Shown here: positions 15,702 to 24,030 of the stretch, piece after piece
Numbering within the stretch: the first letter of the stretch is position 1
Layout of the letters: the number at the start of each line of letters is the position of its first letter
Virus record (IMG/VR): IMGVR_UViG_3300048892_000209
Location: 1-47,957 of that record
Source of the DNA: a virus
Taxonomy: Duplodnaviria > Caudoviricetes
DNA length: 47,957 nucleotides
Strand: one strand, 5' to 3'
The notes under the pieces: model-generated
What the model was told of the DNA's origin: nothing
The model's input: only the letters and a program-made list of their open reading frames with translations
Database searches by the model: none
Made by a program: the position numbers and the translations under genes

Positions 15702-17212
15702 GGCCCGTAATGCATCGCCGCCAGGTTCCAGTCGATCCCAGCGGAGGGCTTCGGAGACGAGGGAGCCTGTCGCCAGTCACCGGTCGTATCGGTGGAGGTC
15801 GGCGAGACGAAGACCGGCGCCGCCGAGCTGTCGCCCGACCCCGCATGGATCGTTCCCGCGTTCCCCAGCAGGTTGCCGCTCTGCTCGTCGCTGACGTTCC
15901 CCGCCACCCAGCCCGACCCGCAACCAGAAGCATCGGAGTCCTTCAGCCAGCTGAGGCCGTCCAGAACGTTGGAGCGGATCAGGTAGTTCTGCCCCCCGCA
16001 GTCTCGGAAGTAGGAGATGTTGGCGTTGTGCCAGATCGTGTCGTGTTCCATCACCAGCCCGTAGCCGGTGTAGAAGGGATCCAGGGCATTGGGGACCAGG
16101 GCGTAGACCTGGAAGGGAGCGCCGGCGTTGTTGGCCGAGTTGTTGGGCCGGTTGACGATCAGGTTGTCGGTGAATTCGACGTTGGAGGAGGTGCCGTCCT
16201 TCATGAAGAACCCTTGGGCGCCTGCTCCCCCGACGATCCAGTTGCCGTGGAAGCGCAGGCCGTGGGCTGAGCCATAGGTCTGGTGGGCGTCGTTGTGGCC
16301 GCCGTCCTCTGGCGCTCCTCGGATCAGGTCCCATTCGTAGGAGATGCCCGTGCAGCTCACCCAGCAGCGGGTGGCGTCTCGCTCGCCCGAGCCGGTCTGC
16401 GGCGCGGTGATTTCGGAGTGCGAAAAGGTGCAGGGACCCGGCGAGCTCGTCGAGGAGCCATAGGCCGAGGCCTCCCCAGAGATCCGAAGGTGATCGAAGA
16501 CGATGCCGCTCGCGTTGCCTTCGCAGATCGCCGAGCCAGAGATCAGGTGCGAGACCGTGTAGCCGGTGCCGGTGGCCTTGACCGTGCCGACCGTCACCGC
16601 TCCTGGATGCACGGCGGTCAGGGTCGACCCTCCCCCAGTCCCCGAGAGCGAGATCGATCCGTAGGTGCCATCGGTGAGGCAGACCGTCGCTGCTCCCTTC
16701 AGCGCTGAGAGGGCAGCGGAGATGCTGGAGACGGTCGTAGTGCAGCTCGCCGGCGTCGGTTCTGGTTCCGGCTGCGGTTCTGGTTCAGGTTCAGGTTCGG
16801 GCACCGGTGGGACTTCGAGGACTTCCCCGGGCGGTCCCTGGATGCCCTGTGGGCCTTGAGGTCCCTGCGGTCCAGCGGGACCCTGGATCCCTTGCGGTCC
16901 CTGTGGGCCGGTGGCTCCGGTTTCGCCGCGGTCGCCCTTGTCGCCCTTCGGACCAGCAGGCCCACGTTCCCCGGGCGGTCCCTGTTCGGGAGCAGGCTGG
17001 GCCTCGAGCGCGGCAACTCGTTCGTTCACTTCGGCGAGCGCCGACGTCAACGACGCCAGCTTCGAATTCGTCGCCGTCTTGAAGCTGGCGAAGTTCTGCT
17101 GGAGCGTCTGGAACTGGGTGAGGGTTGGACCGCTGGCCGCCGCCACAGCGCTCGGCGTTACCGAGGCTGCAGCGATGACCAGGGCGAGAAGGAACAGCGG
17201 CAGGCGGCGCAT
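15698..17212 (-). CDS. Secreted protein: signal peptide, coiled coil, collagen-like repeat, PE linker, parallel beta-helix (pectate-lyase-like) domain
   Basis: [26 protein letters not shown]; (GXY)n; PEPEPEP; GHNDAHQTY...FHGNWI...FTDNLI beta-helix pattern. Confidence 0.8.
   Translation of the reverse strand: MRRLPLFLLALVIAAASVTPSAVAAASGPTLTQFQTLQQNFASFKTATNSKLASLTSALAEVNERVAALEAQPAPEQGPPGERGPAGPKGDKGDRGETGATGPQGPQGIQGPAGPQGPQGPQGIQGPPGEVLEVPPVPEPEPEPEPQPEPEPTPASCTTTVSSISAALSALKGAATVCLTDGTYGSISLSGTGGGSTLTAVHPGAVTVGTVKATGTGYTVSHLISGSAICEGNASGIVFDHLRISGEASAYGSSTSSPGPCTFSHSEITAPQTGSGERDATRCWVSCTGISYEWDLIRGAPEDGGHNDAHQTYGSAHGLRFHGNWIVGGAGAQGFFMKDGTSSNVEFTDNLIVNRPNNSANNAGAPFQVYALVPNALDPFYTGYGLVMEHDTIWHNANISYFRDCGGQNYLIRSNVLDGLSWLKDSDASGCGSGWVAGNVSDEQSGNLLGNAGTIHAGSGDSSAAPVFVSPTSTDTTGDWRQAPSSPKPSAGIDWNLAAMHYGP
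16755..16985 (-). repeat. Collagen-like Gly-X-Y repeat and Pro-Glu repeat
   Basis: [52 protein letters not shown] and [15 protein letters not shown]. Confidence 0.9.
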
Positions 17213-17215
17213 CAG

Positions 17216-17581
17216 CTATCGCCGGTGCTGGGTCCGGTGGGCGGCGGCGGTGAACGGTGCGCCCGGCTCGGGCTCATAGGCGAGCTGGCCGGTGATCGCG
17301 TGCAAGGCGGTGGTGATCGCAGCGACGATCGGCACGGCCTCCGGCACTCCGCTGGCGACGGCCGCCAAGCCGATGGCGACGAACGTGAGCACCGTGTTGA
17401 CGATCGCGGGGACCTTCAGCTTCGAGTAGCTGAGGTAGCCGGCGGCGGTGCCGCCGATCGTGATCACGGCCGCAGTGATCGCCGCAGCAGCGGGGACGAG
17501 GCCGCCGATCGCAGCCGCGAGGGCCAGGATGACAACCAGGACGAAGCCGACGATCGCCGGCACCTTCACCTTCGGGTGCAT
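17216..17581 (-). CDS. Holin-like membrane protein made of a tandem duplication (4 TM)
   Basis: KVKVPAIV...AAGYLSY / KLKVPAIV...ITGQLAY halves; AGAAAGGA RBS; follows lysin genes. Confidence 0.75.
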   Translation of the reverse strand: MHPKVKVPAIVGFVLVVILALAAAIGGLVPAAAAITAAVITIGGTAAGYLSYSKLKVPAIVNTVLTFVAIGLAAVASGVPEAVPIVAAITTALHAITGQLAYEPEPGAPFTAAAHRTQHRR

Positions 17582-17655
17582 AGGTGATTCCTTTCTGTAG
17601 CCCGCGAGATGCGAGCGGAGTGGAGGCGCTCAGGCGAGCGCCACGGAGGGGTGCT

Positions 17656-18432
17656 TCAGATCAGATCGATGCAGCGCCAGTCGCTGGTGCCGTAGCCGAA
17701 CATGTACTCGGCCGGGAAGAGGAAGAAGCCCTCCTGCCCCCACTCGGTGCCCCAACTGTTCTGGCAGATGAAGTAGAGCTGGTCACCTTCGGTCAGGAAG
17801 CCGACCGCGACGACCTCGTGGCCGCCGAGGAGCTGTTCGCCGCGCTTCGGCAACGGGACGATGCCCGTCCGGGCGACCTCGGCTGCCTCGAAGCTCTCGT
17901 AGACGTAGAAGCCGAAGGCGATGTACTTGCCGCTCTCGAGGACGATCTTGAACGTCTCGGCGTCGGGGTGCGGATGGCTGTACTGCTTGATCTTGTACTT
18001 GGCGGTTGCCTGGGCGCGCTGGAAGTCGGCCTCCGAGTCGAAGGTCGAGCCGTCGCCGTAGGGCCATGCGCTCTCCAGAGCGACGCCCTCCTTGCGGGCG
18101 AACTTGAAAGCGTCATGGCCGACCGCGCCGGAGTCTTCGTCGAAGGTCCCCTCTCGGGTCCGCTCGCCACCGTAGATATGCAGGCGGGAGAGGTCCTCAG
18201 CCGGGATCTGGTGGTTCAGGTAGAGCGCTCGGAGCAGGGCGGTTCGGAAGGCGTTGGCGGTGCAGGAGCCGATTTCGAGCTGGTCGACGACCGAGGGTGC
18301 GATTTCCTCGCCGCGAGGGTCGTAGTGGGGCACCCCGAACGCGTGCGCGGCGATCTGCTCGGGAGTGATCGCCGTCTGGATGTTCCGAGGATCGGGCGGG
18401 CTGGGCCGCCACGAGTAAGCGTGCTGGGACAA
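17656..18432 (-). CDS. Papain-like cysteine peptidase (family C1)
   Basis: DQLEIGSCTANA (Q, catalytic C), GGHEVVAVG (H), QNSWGTEWGQEGFF (N). Confidence 0.92.
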   Translation of the reverse strand: MSQHAYSWRPSPPDPRNIQTAITPEQIAAHAFGVPHYDPRGEEIAPSVVDQLEIGSCTANAFRTALLRALYLNHQIPAEDLSRLHIYGGERTREGTFDEDSGAVGHDAFKFARKEGVALESAWPYGDGSTFDSEADFQRAQATAKYKIKQYSHPHPDAETFKIVLESGKYIAFGFYVYESFEAAEVARTGIVPLPKRGEQLLGGHEVVAVGFLTEGDQLYFICQNSWGTEWGQEGFFLFPAEYMFGYGTSDWRCIDLI

Positions 18433-18435
18433 CGG

Positions 18436-18594
18436 TCAGTCCTCCTTGGATTTGACGACGAGGACATCGCCGACCTTCAGCGGGGTCTCCCCAGCGGTAT
18501 AGGAGCCAGACTCCGAAATGCGGACGAGGCGGCCAGGGCCGTCGTCTTCGGGCAGGATCTCCTCGACGGTGTACTCGGCGGGCTGGGTGCTCAT
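18436..18594 (-). CDS. 52-aa hypothetical protein
   Basis: ATG 18594 behind AAAGGAAGG; fills the operon gap. Confidence 0.55.
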   Translation of the reverse strand: MSTQPAEYTVEEILPEDDGPGRLVRISESGSYTAGETPLKVGDVLVVKSKED

Positions 18595-18613
18595 CGGTCC
18601 TGCCTTCCTTTCG

Positions 18614-19249
18614 TCAGCGGTCCCAGAAGGCAAGCGTCAGCTTCGACTCATCCAGGGAGCGGTTATTGGAGCGGTCGGTCCACTGGGTCGCCTCGGCCTT
18701 CGGGTAGCCGCAAACGTGGTGGGCGCAGACATGGCGGTGGCCGTTGTAGTGGGCCGACCAGATCAGGTACGCATGGCGCTCAATGCCAGCCCCGTGCAGC
18801 ACCTCGACGAGGGCAGCCACGTTCGAGGCCGAGGTGTAGAAGATCGGGCGCCGGTGGGGGCGGTGCGCCTTGAAGTGCCGAAACCAGCCCGGGGCGTCGG
18901 CGTTGGTCGCGTCTCCCGGCTCGACATCGAGAGCGTCGGCAAGGACGTCGGAGGTGACGGCGATCGTCACCACCTGCGCCTTGGGGAAGCGACGACGCAA
19001 AGCAGGCACCGTCTTGTAGAGGCCGTTGGCGTAGCCAGCGACCGCTCTGGCCGAACGCGGGATCAGGTCGACGGAGGTGTCGTCGAACATCACCTGGGGC
19101 TTGCTGCGGAAGCGGTCGATCAGCGCACGTAGGTGCTGGACGGCTCGGGCTTCCCGCAACGCGCGTCGTCCCTGGTGAAGCCGGCGCTTGCGTTCGCGGT
19201 TGCGCTTGCGGCGGTGGAGGCGCTTGCGGAGGCGGTCCAGGGCGCTCAT
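18614..19249 (-). CDS. Putative endolysin, GH25-like glycoside hydrolase with Arg-rich N-terminus
   Basis: LDVEPGD, PIFYTSAS, IWSAHY, ATQWTD, SLDES motifs typical of GH25-type barrels. Confidence 0.7.
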   Translation of the reverse strand: MSALDRLRKRLHRRKRNRERKRRLHQGRRALREARAVQHLRALIDRFRSKPQVMFDDTSVDLIPRSARAVAGYANGLYKTVPALRRRFPKAQVVTIAVTSDVLADALDVEPGDATNADAPGWFRHFKAHRPHRRPIFYTSASNVAALVEVLHGAGIERHAYLIWSAHYNGHRHVCAHHVCGYPKAEATQWTDRSNNRSLDESKLTLAFWDR

Positions 19250-19788
19250 CGGTAGCTGCTCCGAGGACCTGCGTGGACGTGGTTGTCGTGCTCGAGCGCG
19301 AGTTCACCGCTGATCGTGATTCGCGCCCCGTCCTTGACGCAGGCGCCATCGATCGGCCCGAACAGCTCGTTGAAGTAGCTGGGCCGACGCGACTGGTGGC
19401 GCTGGAAGCGCTCCATGTCATCCACCGCCCCGTAGAGATCTACTGCCGATCCGTGCTTGCCGTCGTTCTGAGGCGAACCGGGGTAGTGGTAGGAGTCGGG
19501 CGCGTGGGTGCCGTTGGTCGTCGCCGAGACTCGGAGGTCAAAGTGGTCGTAGGCGTGCCCGATCACCCGCTTGGTGGCGTTGGTGATGTTGCCCGGGAGG
19601 CCGCCGAGCATGAACGGCTTGAACTCGCCGTACTCCCGGCGCTGCAGCCGGGTTAGCTCCTGTTTGACGCGGCGGGCAGCGATGCCGAGGCGACCAGCTA
19701 GGCCGAGGTGCTTTCGCAGCAGCGCTCGCCGGCGACGACGCAGCAGCCTTCGATGACGACGCGAGAGCGCCGAAACTGAAAGGGACAT
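19246..19788 (-). CDS. Putative endolysin, M15-like zinc peptidase with Arg-rich N-terminus
   Basis: HAPDSYHY...AVDL...EHDNHVH (H-D-H zinc ligands). Confidence 0.7.
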   Translation of the reverse strand: MSLSVSALSRRHRRLLRRRRRALLRKHLGLAGRLGIAARRVKQELTRLQRREYGEFKPFMLGGLPGNITNATKRVIGHAYDHFDLRVSATTNGTHAPDSYHYPGSPQNDGKHGSAVDLYGAVDDMERFQRHQSRRPSYFNELFGPIDGACVKDGARITISGELALEHDNHVHAGPRSSYR

Positions 19789-19793
19789 GCGAC

Positions 19794-20176
19794 CTCCGTT
19801 CGAGGTGGGTATGGAGCCGCGTCAGCTACCGCGGCGAGGTCTCAGAAGCCAGCGGCGTCGAGTTGCTCCAGCGCTTCCTCACAGAAGCTCCGCAGTTCCC
19901 CTGGCGTCGAGTTGATCGTGGCCACGTGGAGCACGCGGTCGGGCGTCGATCCCTCCCGCACAGCCGCAACGGCCGTCATGTTCAGCTTCGCGTACTGGTA
20001 CTTGCCGCCGTAAGGGGCCGGGCGGTCGTAGAACTCGACGTCGGCGGCTGGCCGGCGACCGGCTCCGTTCATGTCGAGGTCCACCTTGGAGGTGGTCGTA
20101 CGGATCATTCAGAGGACTCCTTTCGAGGGAGTGGTCTGGTGTCTATGGAGCCGCGCTGTACTCGGCGGCGAGGTCT
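19794..20176. repeat. Two copies of TATGGAGCCGCG-N9-GCGGCGAGGTCT (19810-19842; 20144-20176), each preceded by CTCCKTTCGAGG
   Basis: Identical 12-bp arms with different 9-nt centres, read directly from sequence. Confidence 0.85.
19842..20108 (-). CDS. Hypothetical protein (88 aa) flanked by the bipartite repeats
   Basis: AAAGGAG RBS; clean ORF. Confidence 0.65.
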   Translation of the reverse strand: MIRTTTSKVDLDMNGAGRRPAADVEFYDRPAPYGGKYQYAKLNMTAVAAVREGSTPDRVLHVATINSTPGELRSFCEEALEQLDAAGF

Positions 20177-20232
20177 TGGTGGAGCGCTAAGGTGGACTGA
20201 CTGCAATCCACTACTCGGAGGGAGAACCCGAG

Positions 20233-20607
20233 ATGGAGACGAATGACGATGTGCTGCGACTACTAGTCGTCTCGACGCGGGCCGCTGTCCTGGCGCCGCA
20301 CCTGACCGCACTGGCCCGCGAAGAAAATGTTGAGCCCCAACCGGGAGACTTGGTTGTGGAGACGAGCAGCGCGCAGGTCCATCCCGACCCCGATGCGATC
20401 GGTTGGCTGGTCGACCACGGAGACGCTCCCTACAAAGAGGATGGGACCGGGCCGAGGCGAGAGGTCTGGGACATCCTCCCCCTGAGCGGTCGCACGCAGA
20501 AGGACTGGGGCTACCAGCGGTGGGAGAACGCCGATTTCCGCCGCGTCCCCAAACCCATGGTTGAGCGCGCGGGCCTTCAACCACCCCGCGCCCTCACGAA
20601 GACTTAG
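20233..20607 (+). CDS. Hypothetical accessory protein on the opposite strand
   Basis: GGAGGGAG RBS; followed by UUCG hairpin. Confidence 0.65.
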   Translation: METNDDVLRLLVVSTRAAVLAPHLTALAREENVEPQPGDLVVETSSAQVHPDPDAIGWLVDHGDAPYKEDGTGPRREVWDILPLSGRTQKDWGYQRWENADFRRVPKPMVERAGLQPPRALTKT

Positions 20608-20640
20608 CGGCCAGTTCTCCAAACCAGCCGCTCTGCGCCT

Positions 20641-20660
20641 CGGCCCGCTTCGGCGGGTCG
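20641..20660. terminator. UUCG-capped hairpin between convergent genes
   Basis: CGGCCCGC-TTCG-GCGGGTCG. Confidence 0.5.
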
Positions 20661-20667
20661 TGTGCGT

Positions 20668-21402
20668 TCACGGAGCCGGGCAGTTCCCGACCACCTGGCA
20701 GACGCTCTTCCCCGCCCCATCCACGACCCGTTCCACCCCGCCTTTCACTGCTTCAGCCACTTCACTTGCTCCAGTAGCTACTCCTTCGACTGCAGGTAGA
20801 GCCGCAGGCGGTTTGGAGGTCGGCGGTTTCGCTTCGCTCGAAGGCACTTCAGCGGGTGGCTGGGAGGCAGCAGGGGCAGTGATCGGAGTCGGCGCAGGAG
20901 TCGGCACGGGCGGGACCGGAGAGGGTTTGTGACCGCCCGAAGGAGCTGACGGGTGGTGACGGGGCTTGTGGTGGGCTGGGCCTACCGAGGGCGGGGCGAA
21001 GGGAGACTTCGGCACGACGGGATGGATAACCGAGCCGATCTCCCGTCCCACGTCTCGCTGATCCGGGCTCGCACCCTTCGGGCCTCGAGCTACCTGAGCG
21101 CGATGCACTCGGCACTTCGTCAGGCGCAGCAGGCGCTCGTTGCTGTCGACCTTGCGGAACGGGACGCAGGCATCTGCGACCGACTGGTGTTCGTCGGATT
21201 CCCGCTTGATCCGCTGGCATTCTTGGCCGTCTGGATTCAAGGCGCAGGCAGAGCGAGTGATGATCGAGCGCGTGTCCTCTCCGCGCAGGGCGACACCGAT
21301 GACGCCGGCAGTCGCAAAGGCACCCAGCCCAAGCGAGACCAGCATCACCGTGACGGGGTTGCCTTCCATCCAGCCATAGCCGAACTTGAGTGCTCGCTTC
21401 AC
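20668..21402 (-). CDS. Membrane-anchored Cys/Pro-rich protein (lysis-region accessory)
   Basis: One N-terminal TM, paired Cys residues, long Pro-rich stalk; start GTG 21402. Confidence 0.7.
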   Translation of the reverse strand: MKRALKFGYGWMEGNPVTVMLVSLGLGAFATAGVIGVALRGEDTRSIITRSACALNPDGQECQRIKRESDEHQSVADACVPFRKVDSNERLLRLTKCRVHRAQVARGPKGASPDQRDVGREIGSVIHPVVPKSPFAPPSVGPAHHKPRHHPSAPSGGHKPSPVPPVPTPAPTPITAPAASQPPAEVPSSEAKPPTSKPPAALPAVEGVATGASEVAEAVKGGVERVVDGAGKSVCQVVGNCPAP

Positions 21403-21473
21403 GTCCAGAACCTTTCGATCGCAAGGACCAGGCCTACGAAGCTGAGAGCGCAGGTCGCCGGCCATTCATCCAC
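21399..21473 (-). CDS. 24-aa hydrophobic peptide
   Basis: MDEWPATCALSFVGLVLAIERFWT; GTGA-coupled. Confidence 0.35.
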   Translation of the reverse strand: MDEWPATCALSFVGLVLAIERFWT

Positions 21474-21481
21474 CCAGCGCC

Positions 21482-21676
21482 TCACCGGAACCACGAGCTC
21501 CTGTCGATCGACTGCCCTGCCCAGAAGAGAGCGAGCAGAACCAGGGCGCCGAGCAGGCCGGGATCGATGGCTCCGGTCTTGAGCTGACTCTGCACGGCCA
21601 GCGCCAGAAGGACGACCGTGATCAGGATGGCCAGCCAGGGGCGTGGTTTGCGTTCGGGCTGTTGCTCGTTCGCCAA
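21482..21676 (-). CDS. Small two-TM protein (holin/antiholin-like)
   Basis: Two hydrophobic helices; first gene after tail genes on minus; GAGAGG RBS, TTG start. Confidence 0.65.
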   Translation of the reverse strand: MANEQQPERKPRPWLAILITVVLLALAVQSQLKTGAIDPGLLGALVLLALFWAGQSIDRSSWFR

Positions 21677-21771
21677 TCAACTGGCCTCTCTCAGAGCTCG
21701 GGGACAGGGATGAAATCCAGGCGTTAAGGCTGGATCTAACGCTCGGGATCCTTTAGGGTGGCCGCCTCCCC

Positions 21772-22389
21772 GTGGGCTCGAGCGACCGCGCACCGATCCG
21801 GCTTTTGATCAGCGTCTGCCTGATAACGGCGTTCGGGCTAGTCCTCAAGCCGATGACTGCCGCAGCCGACCCCTTCGGACCAGAAGAGGAACGGGCCTAC
21901 GAAATCGCTGCGGCGTACTGGGGCAGCGAACCCGTGCTGTGCGCGACGATCGACAAATCGGTCGAATCCCTTGGACCTCACCTGAGCGGCTGGGCGACTG
22001 AGCCCACGGAACCGGAAACCGAATGCACGATGCTGATCGCCCCGACGGCGGAGCCCATCGAACTTTGCAACACGGTGGTTCACGAGTACGGCCATCTGCT
22101 CGGTCTCGACCACAGCACCGATCCGGCGAGCCCGATGTACCCGAGAACGACGGAAGAGAATTGGGATGCAGTGCCGGGCTGCTACGAACAACTCGCCGCT
22201 CCCACTCTGGCCCGCCTCGAGCACGGAGCTGGCGCATGGTCAAAGCGCCTGCGAACCCGCCGGGTGGCGTGTGAGCAGGAAGACACGCGCCGATGCTGGA
22301 TCAGGGTCGCCCAGCTCGTCACTCACGTACGGGAAACGATCGAAGCTGAGACCTACTGGCGGGCTCGCCCGTCAGGCAACGCCCACTAG
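21772..22389 (+). CDS. Secreted matrixin-like (metzincin) metalloprotease
   Basis: Signal peptide; HEYGHLLGLDH zinc motif and Met-turn SPMYP. Confidence 0.85.
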   Translation: MGSSDRAPIRLLISVCLITAFGLVLKPMTAAADPFGPEEERAYEIAAAYWGSEPVLCATIDKSVESLGPHLSGWATEPTEPETECTMLIAPTAEPIELCNTVVHEYGHLLGLDHSTDPASPMYPRTTEENWDAVPGCYEQLAAPTLARLEHGAGAWSKRLRTRRVACEQEDTRRCWIRVAQLVTHVRETIEAETYWRARPSGNAH

Positions 22390-24030
22390 CGACACGCCGA
22401 GGCGTTCGAGGATCGCGTCGACCTTCTGGGTGCTGTTGTCGAGGGTGCAGGTGTTGGCCTGGGTCCGCGTGTCGTAGGACGTTTCGATGATCTTCCTCGG
22501 CCCCTCTGAAGGGAAGTCGGCAATGTCGACCCAGTCGCCCGCCCACATCTCGCAAGCTTCCTTCGCCCCCGCAGTCGGGTGCTGGAGGGAGCCGGTTACG
22601 GTCAGCGTCCCCCGGCGCTGTGGCAGTCCCTTCTCGCCGAGGTAGATCGAGCCGATTTGGATGGCCGCTTCTGCCGTGGTGGTCTGACTGATGTTGAGCT
22701 GCGCCCACTTCTTCGGGATCCCATGCGCGTTGACGGGGTTCGTAAGCGAGGTGTCGACTAGCGCCGAGCTCGTCACGTCGGCGCCAGAGCCCGGAGGGCC
22801 GACCGTGTGCGGAGTGCCGGCAGGATCCGTGTAGGTGACGAAGACACCGTTGTAGACATCGTCAACCTGGGTGCCGTCGAGATCGAGCCTGGTACCGCTC
22901 GACAGGCGTGCTTGCCAGGTGCGCCTCTCGGGGTCGGGAGGCTGGAAGAAGAATTCCTTGTTCCGCCACACCGCCCAGTCCCACAGGTGGTAGCCATTGG
23001 CTCTCTTGATCACTTCCTGGGCGGTGACCGGATCCTTGAAGACAAGGTGCGGGATGGGGAATCCACTGGGCTGGATCGAGCCGGAAGGGCCAGTGCTGAA
23101 TTTCAGGAGTGGTGCGGCCCGGGCGACTACGTCGGCAATGACATCGGAGGCGTAGACGCCCTTGAAGGGATCTTCTCCCCTTTTCGGAAGCCCATGGGCA
23201 CCCCACACCGCAATGCGCCTCACAAAGGAGTCGAAGACGTTTCCGGCCACTCCGCCGGCCGCAGCGAAAACCCACTGCATCCCCGCCCAGCGGCGCGGAG
23301 TGGCAGGTTCATAGGTGCTCGGCCCGTCTCCGTCTTCACTGGCCGTATGCGAATCAGCGGAGATACTGAAGTTCGTCCAGATGTCGTCGTCAGCAACGCC
23401 TACATCAAACGTGAAGGTCGAGTTCGGTTCGCCCCCCCCGCCATAGTTCGATTTCGACGCACGTTCCCAGAAGATCGCCGCAACCGTGCAACCGGGCCCG
23501 GCGTCATACATCGACTCGACCCCGAAGGTGACGGGCCAGGTGTCGTGTATCGACAATCGGAGGGCTGGGAGCCCAGACGACGGATCGGGCTCAACGGTCC
23601 CGTCGCCGATCGTCCAGTGCAGGTTCAGCAGGAACTGCTTACGTGCACTGCTCATACCCTGCCATTCGCTCAAATCGCGGCCGACGTAGATCTCGCTGAA
23701 GCTGGAATCGTCAAGCAGGTGAGCCGACCAGCCGACAGCGCCCACGGTGATCGAGGGGGCATCCTGGCCTGAGCGAGGCAACTGCTGTACGCGTCCTTCC
23801 CACAAGACCTTGTTGCCCCGGCCGAGAATCTGGATCGTGTCGAGGAGGTTGAGGTCGGGGTAGTCCCGATTGATCGGCCGCGGCAAGGTTATGGTGGCAG
23901 TCTTGAAGCCACCGGGCATCGACGTCGTGAAGGTGATCGCCTGCGGGATCTTTCGTGCATCCCACTCATCAGGACCCCAGCGAAATTTCCCGCTGGCGGT
24001 GATGACCAGCACCGAAAGTCGGGCAACCAT
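22372..24030 (-). CDS. Minor tail protein (tail tip/hub-like)
   Basis: Second gene after tape measure; FTTSMPGGF, LWEGRV, GDWV patterns; beta-rich. Confidence 0.8.
   Translation of the reverse strand: MVARLSVLVITASGKFRWGPDEWDARKIPQAITFTTSMPGGFKTATITLPRPINRDYPDLNLLDTIQILGRGNKVLWEGRVQQLPRSGQDAPSITVGAVGWSAHLLDDSSFSEIYVGRDLSEWQGMSSARKQFLLNLHWTIGDGTVEPDPSSGLPALRLSIHDTWPVTFGVESMYDAGPGCTVAAIFWERASKSNYGGGGEPNSTFTFDVGVADDDIWTNFSISADSHTASEDGDGPSTYEPATPRRWAGMQWVFAAAGGVAGNVFDSFVRRIAVWGAHGLPKRGEDPFKGVYASDVIADVVARAAPLLKFSTGPSGSIQPSGFPIPHLVFKDPVTAQEVIKRANGYHLWDWAVWRNKEFFFQPPDPERRTWQARLSSGTRLDLDGTQVDDVYNGVFVTYTDPAGTPHTVGPPGSGADVTSSALVDTSLTNPVNAHGIPKKWAQLNISQTTTAEAAIQIGSIYLGEKGLPQRRGTLTVTGSLQHPTAGAKEACEMWAGDWVDIADFPSEGPRKIIETSYDTRTQANTCTLDNSTQKVDAILERLGVSLVGVA

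Noticed and set aside
17584-18873. Long plus-strand ORFs here and opposite the capsid, tape measure and terminase genes
   Set aside because: Antisense shadows of high-GC genes; no motifs or RBS
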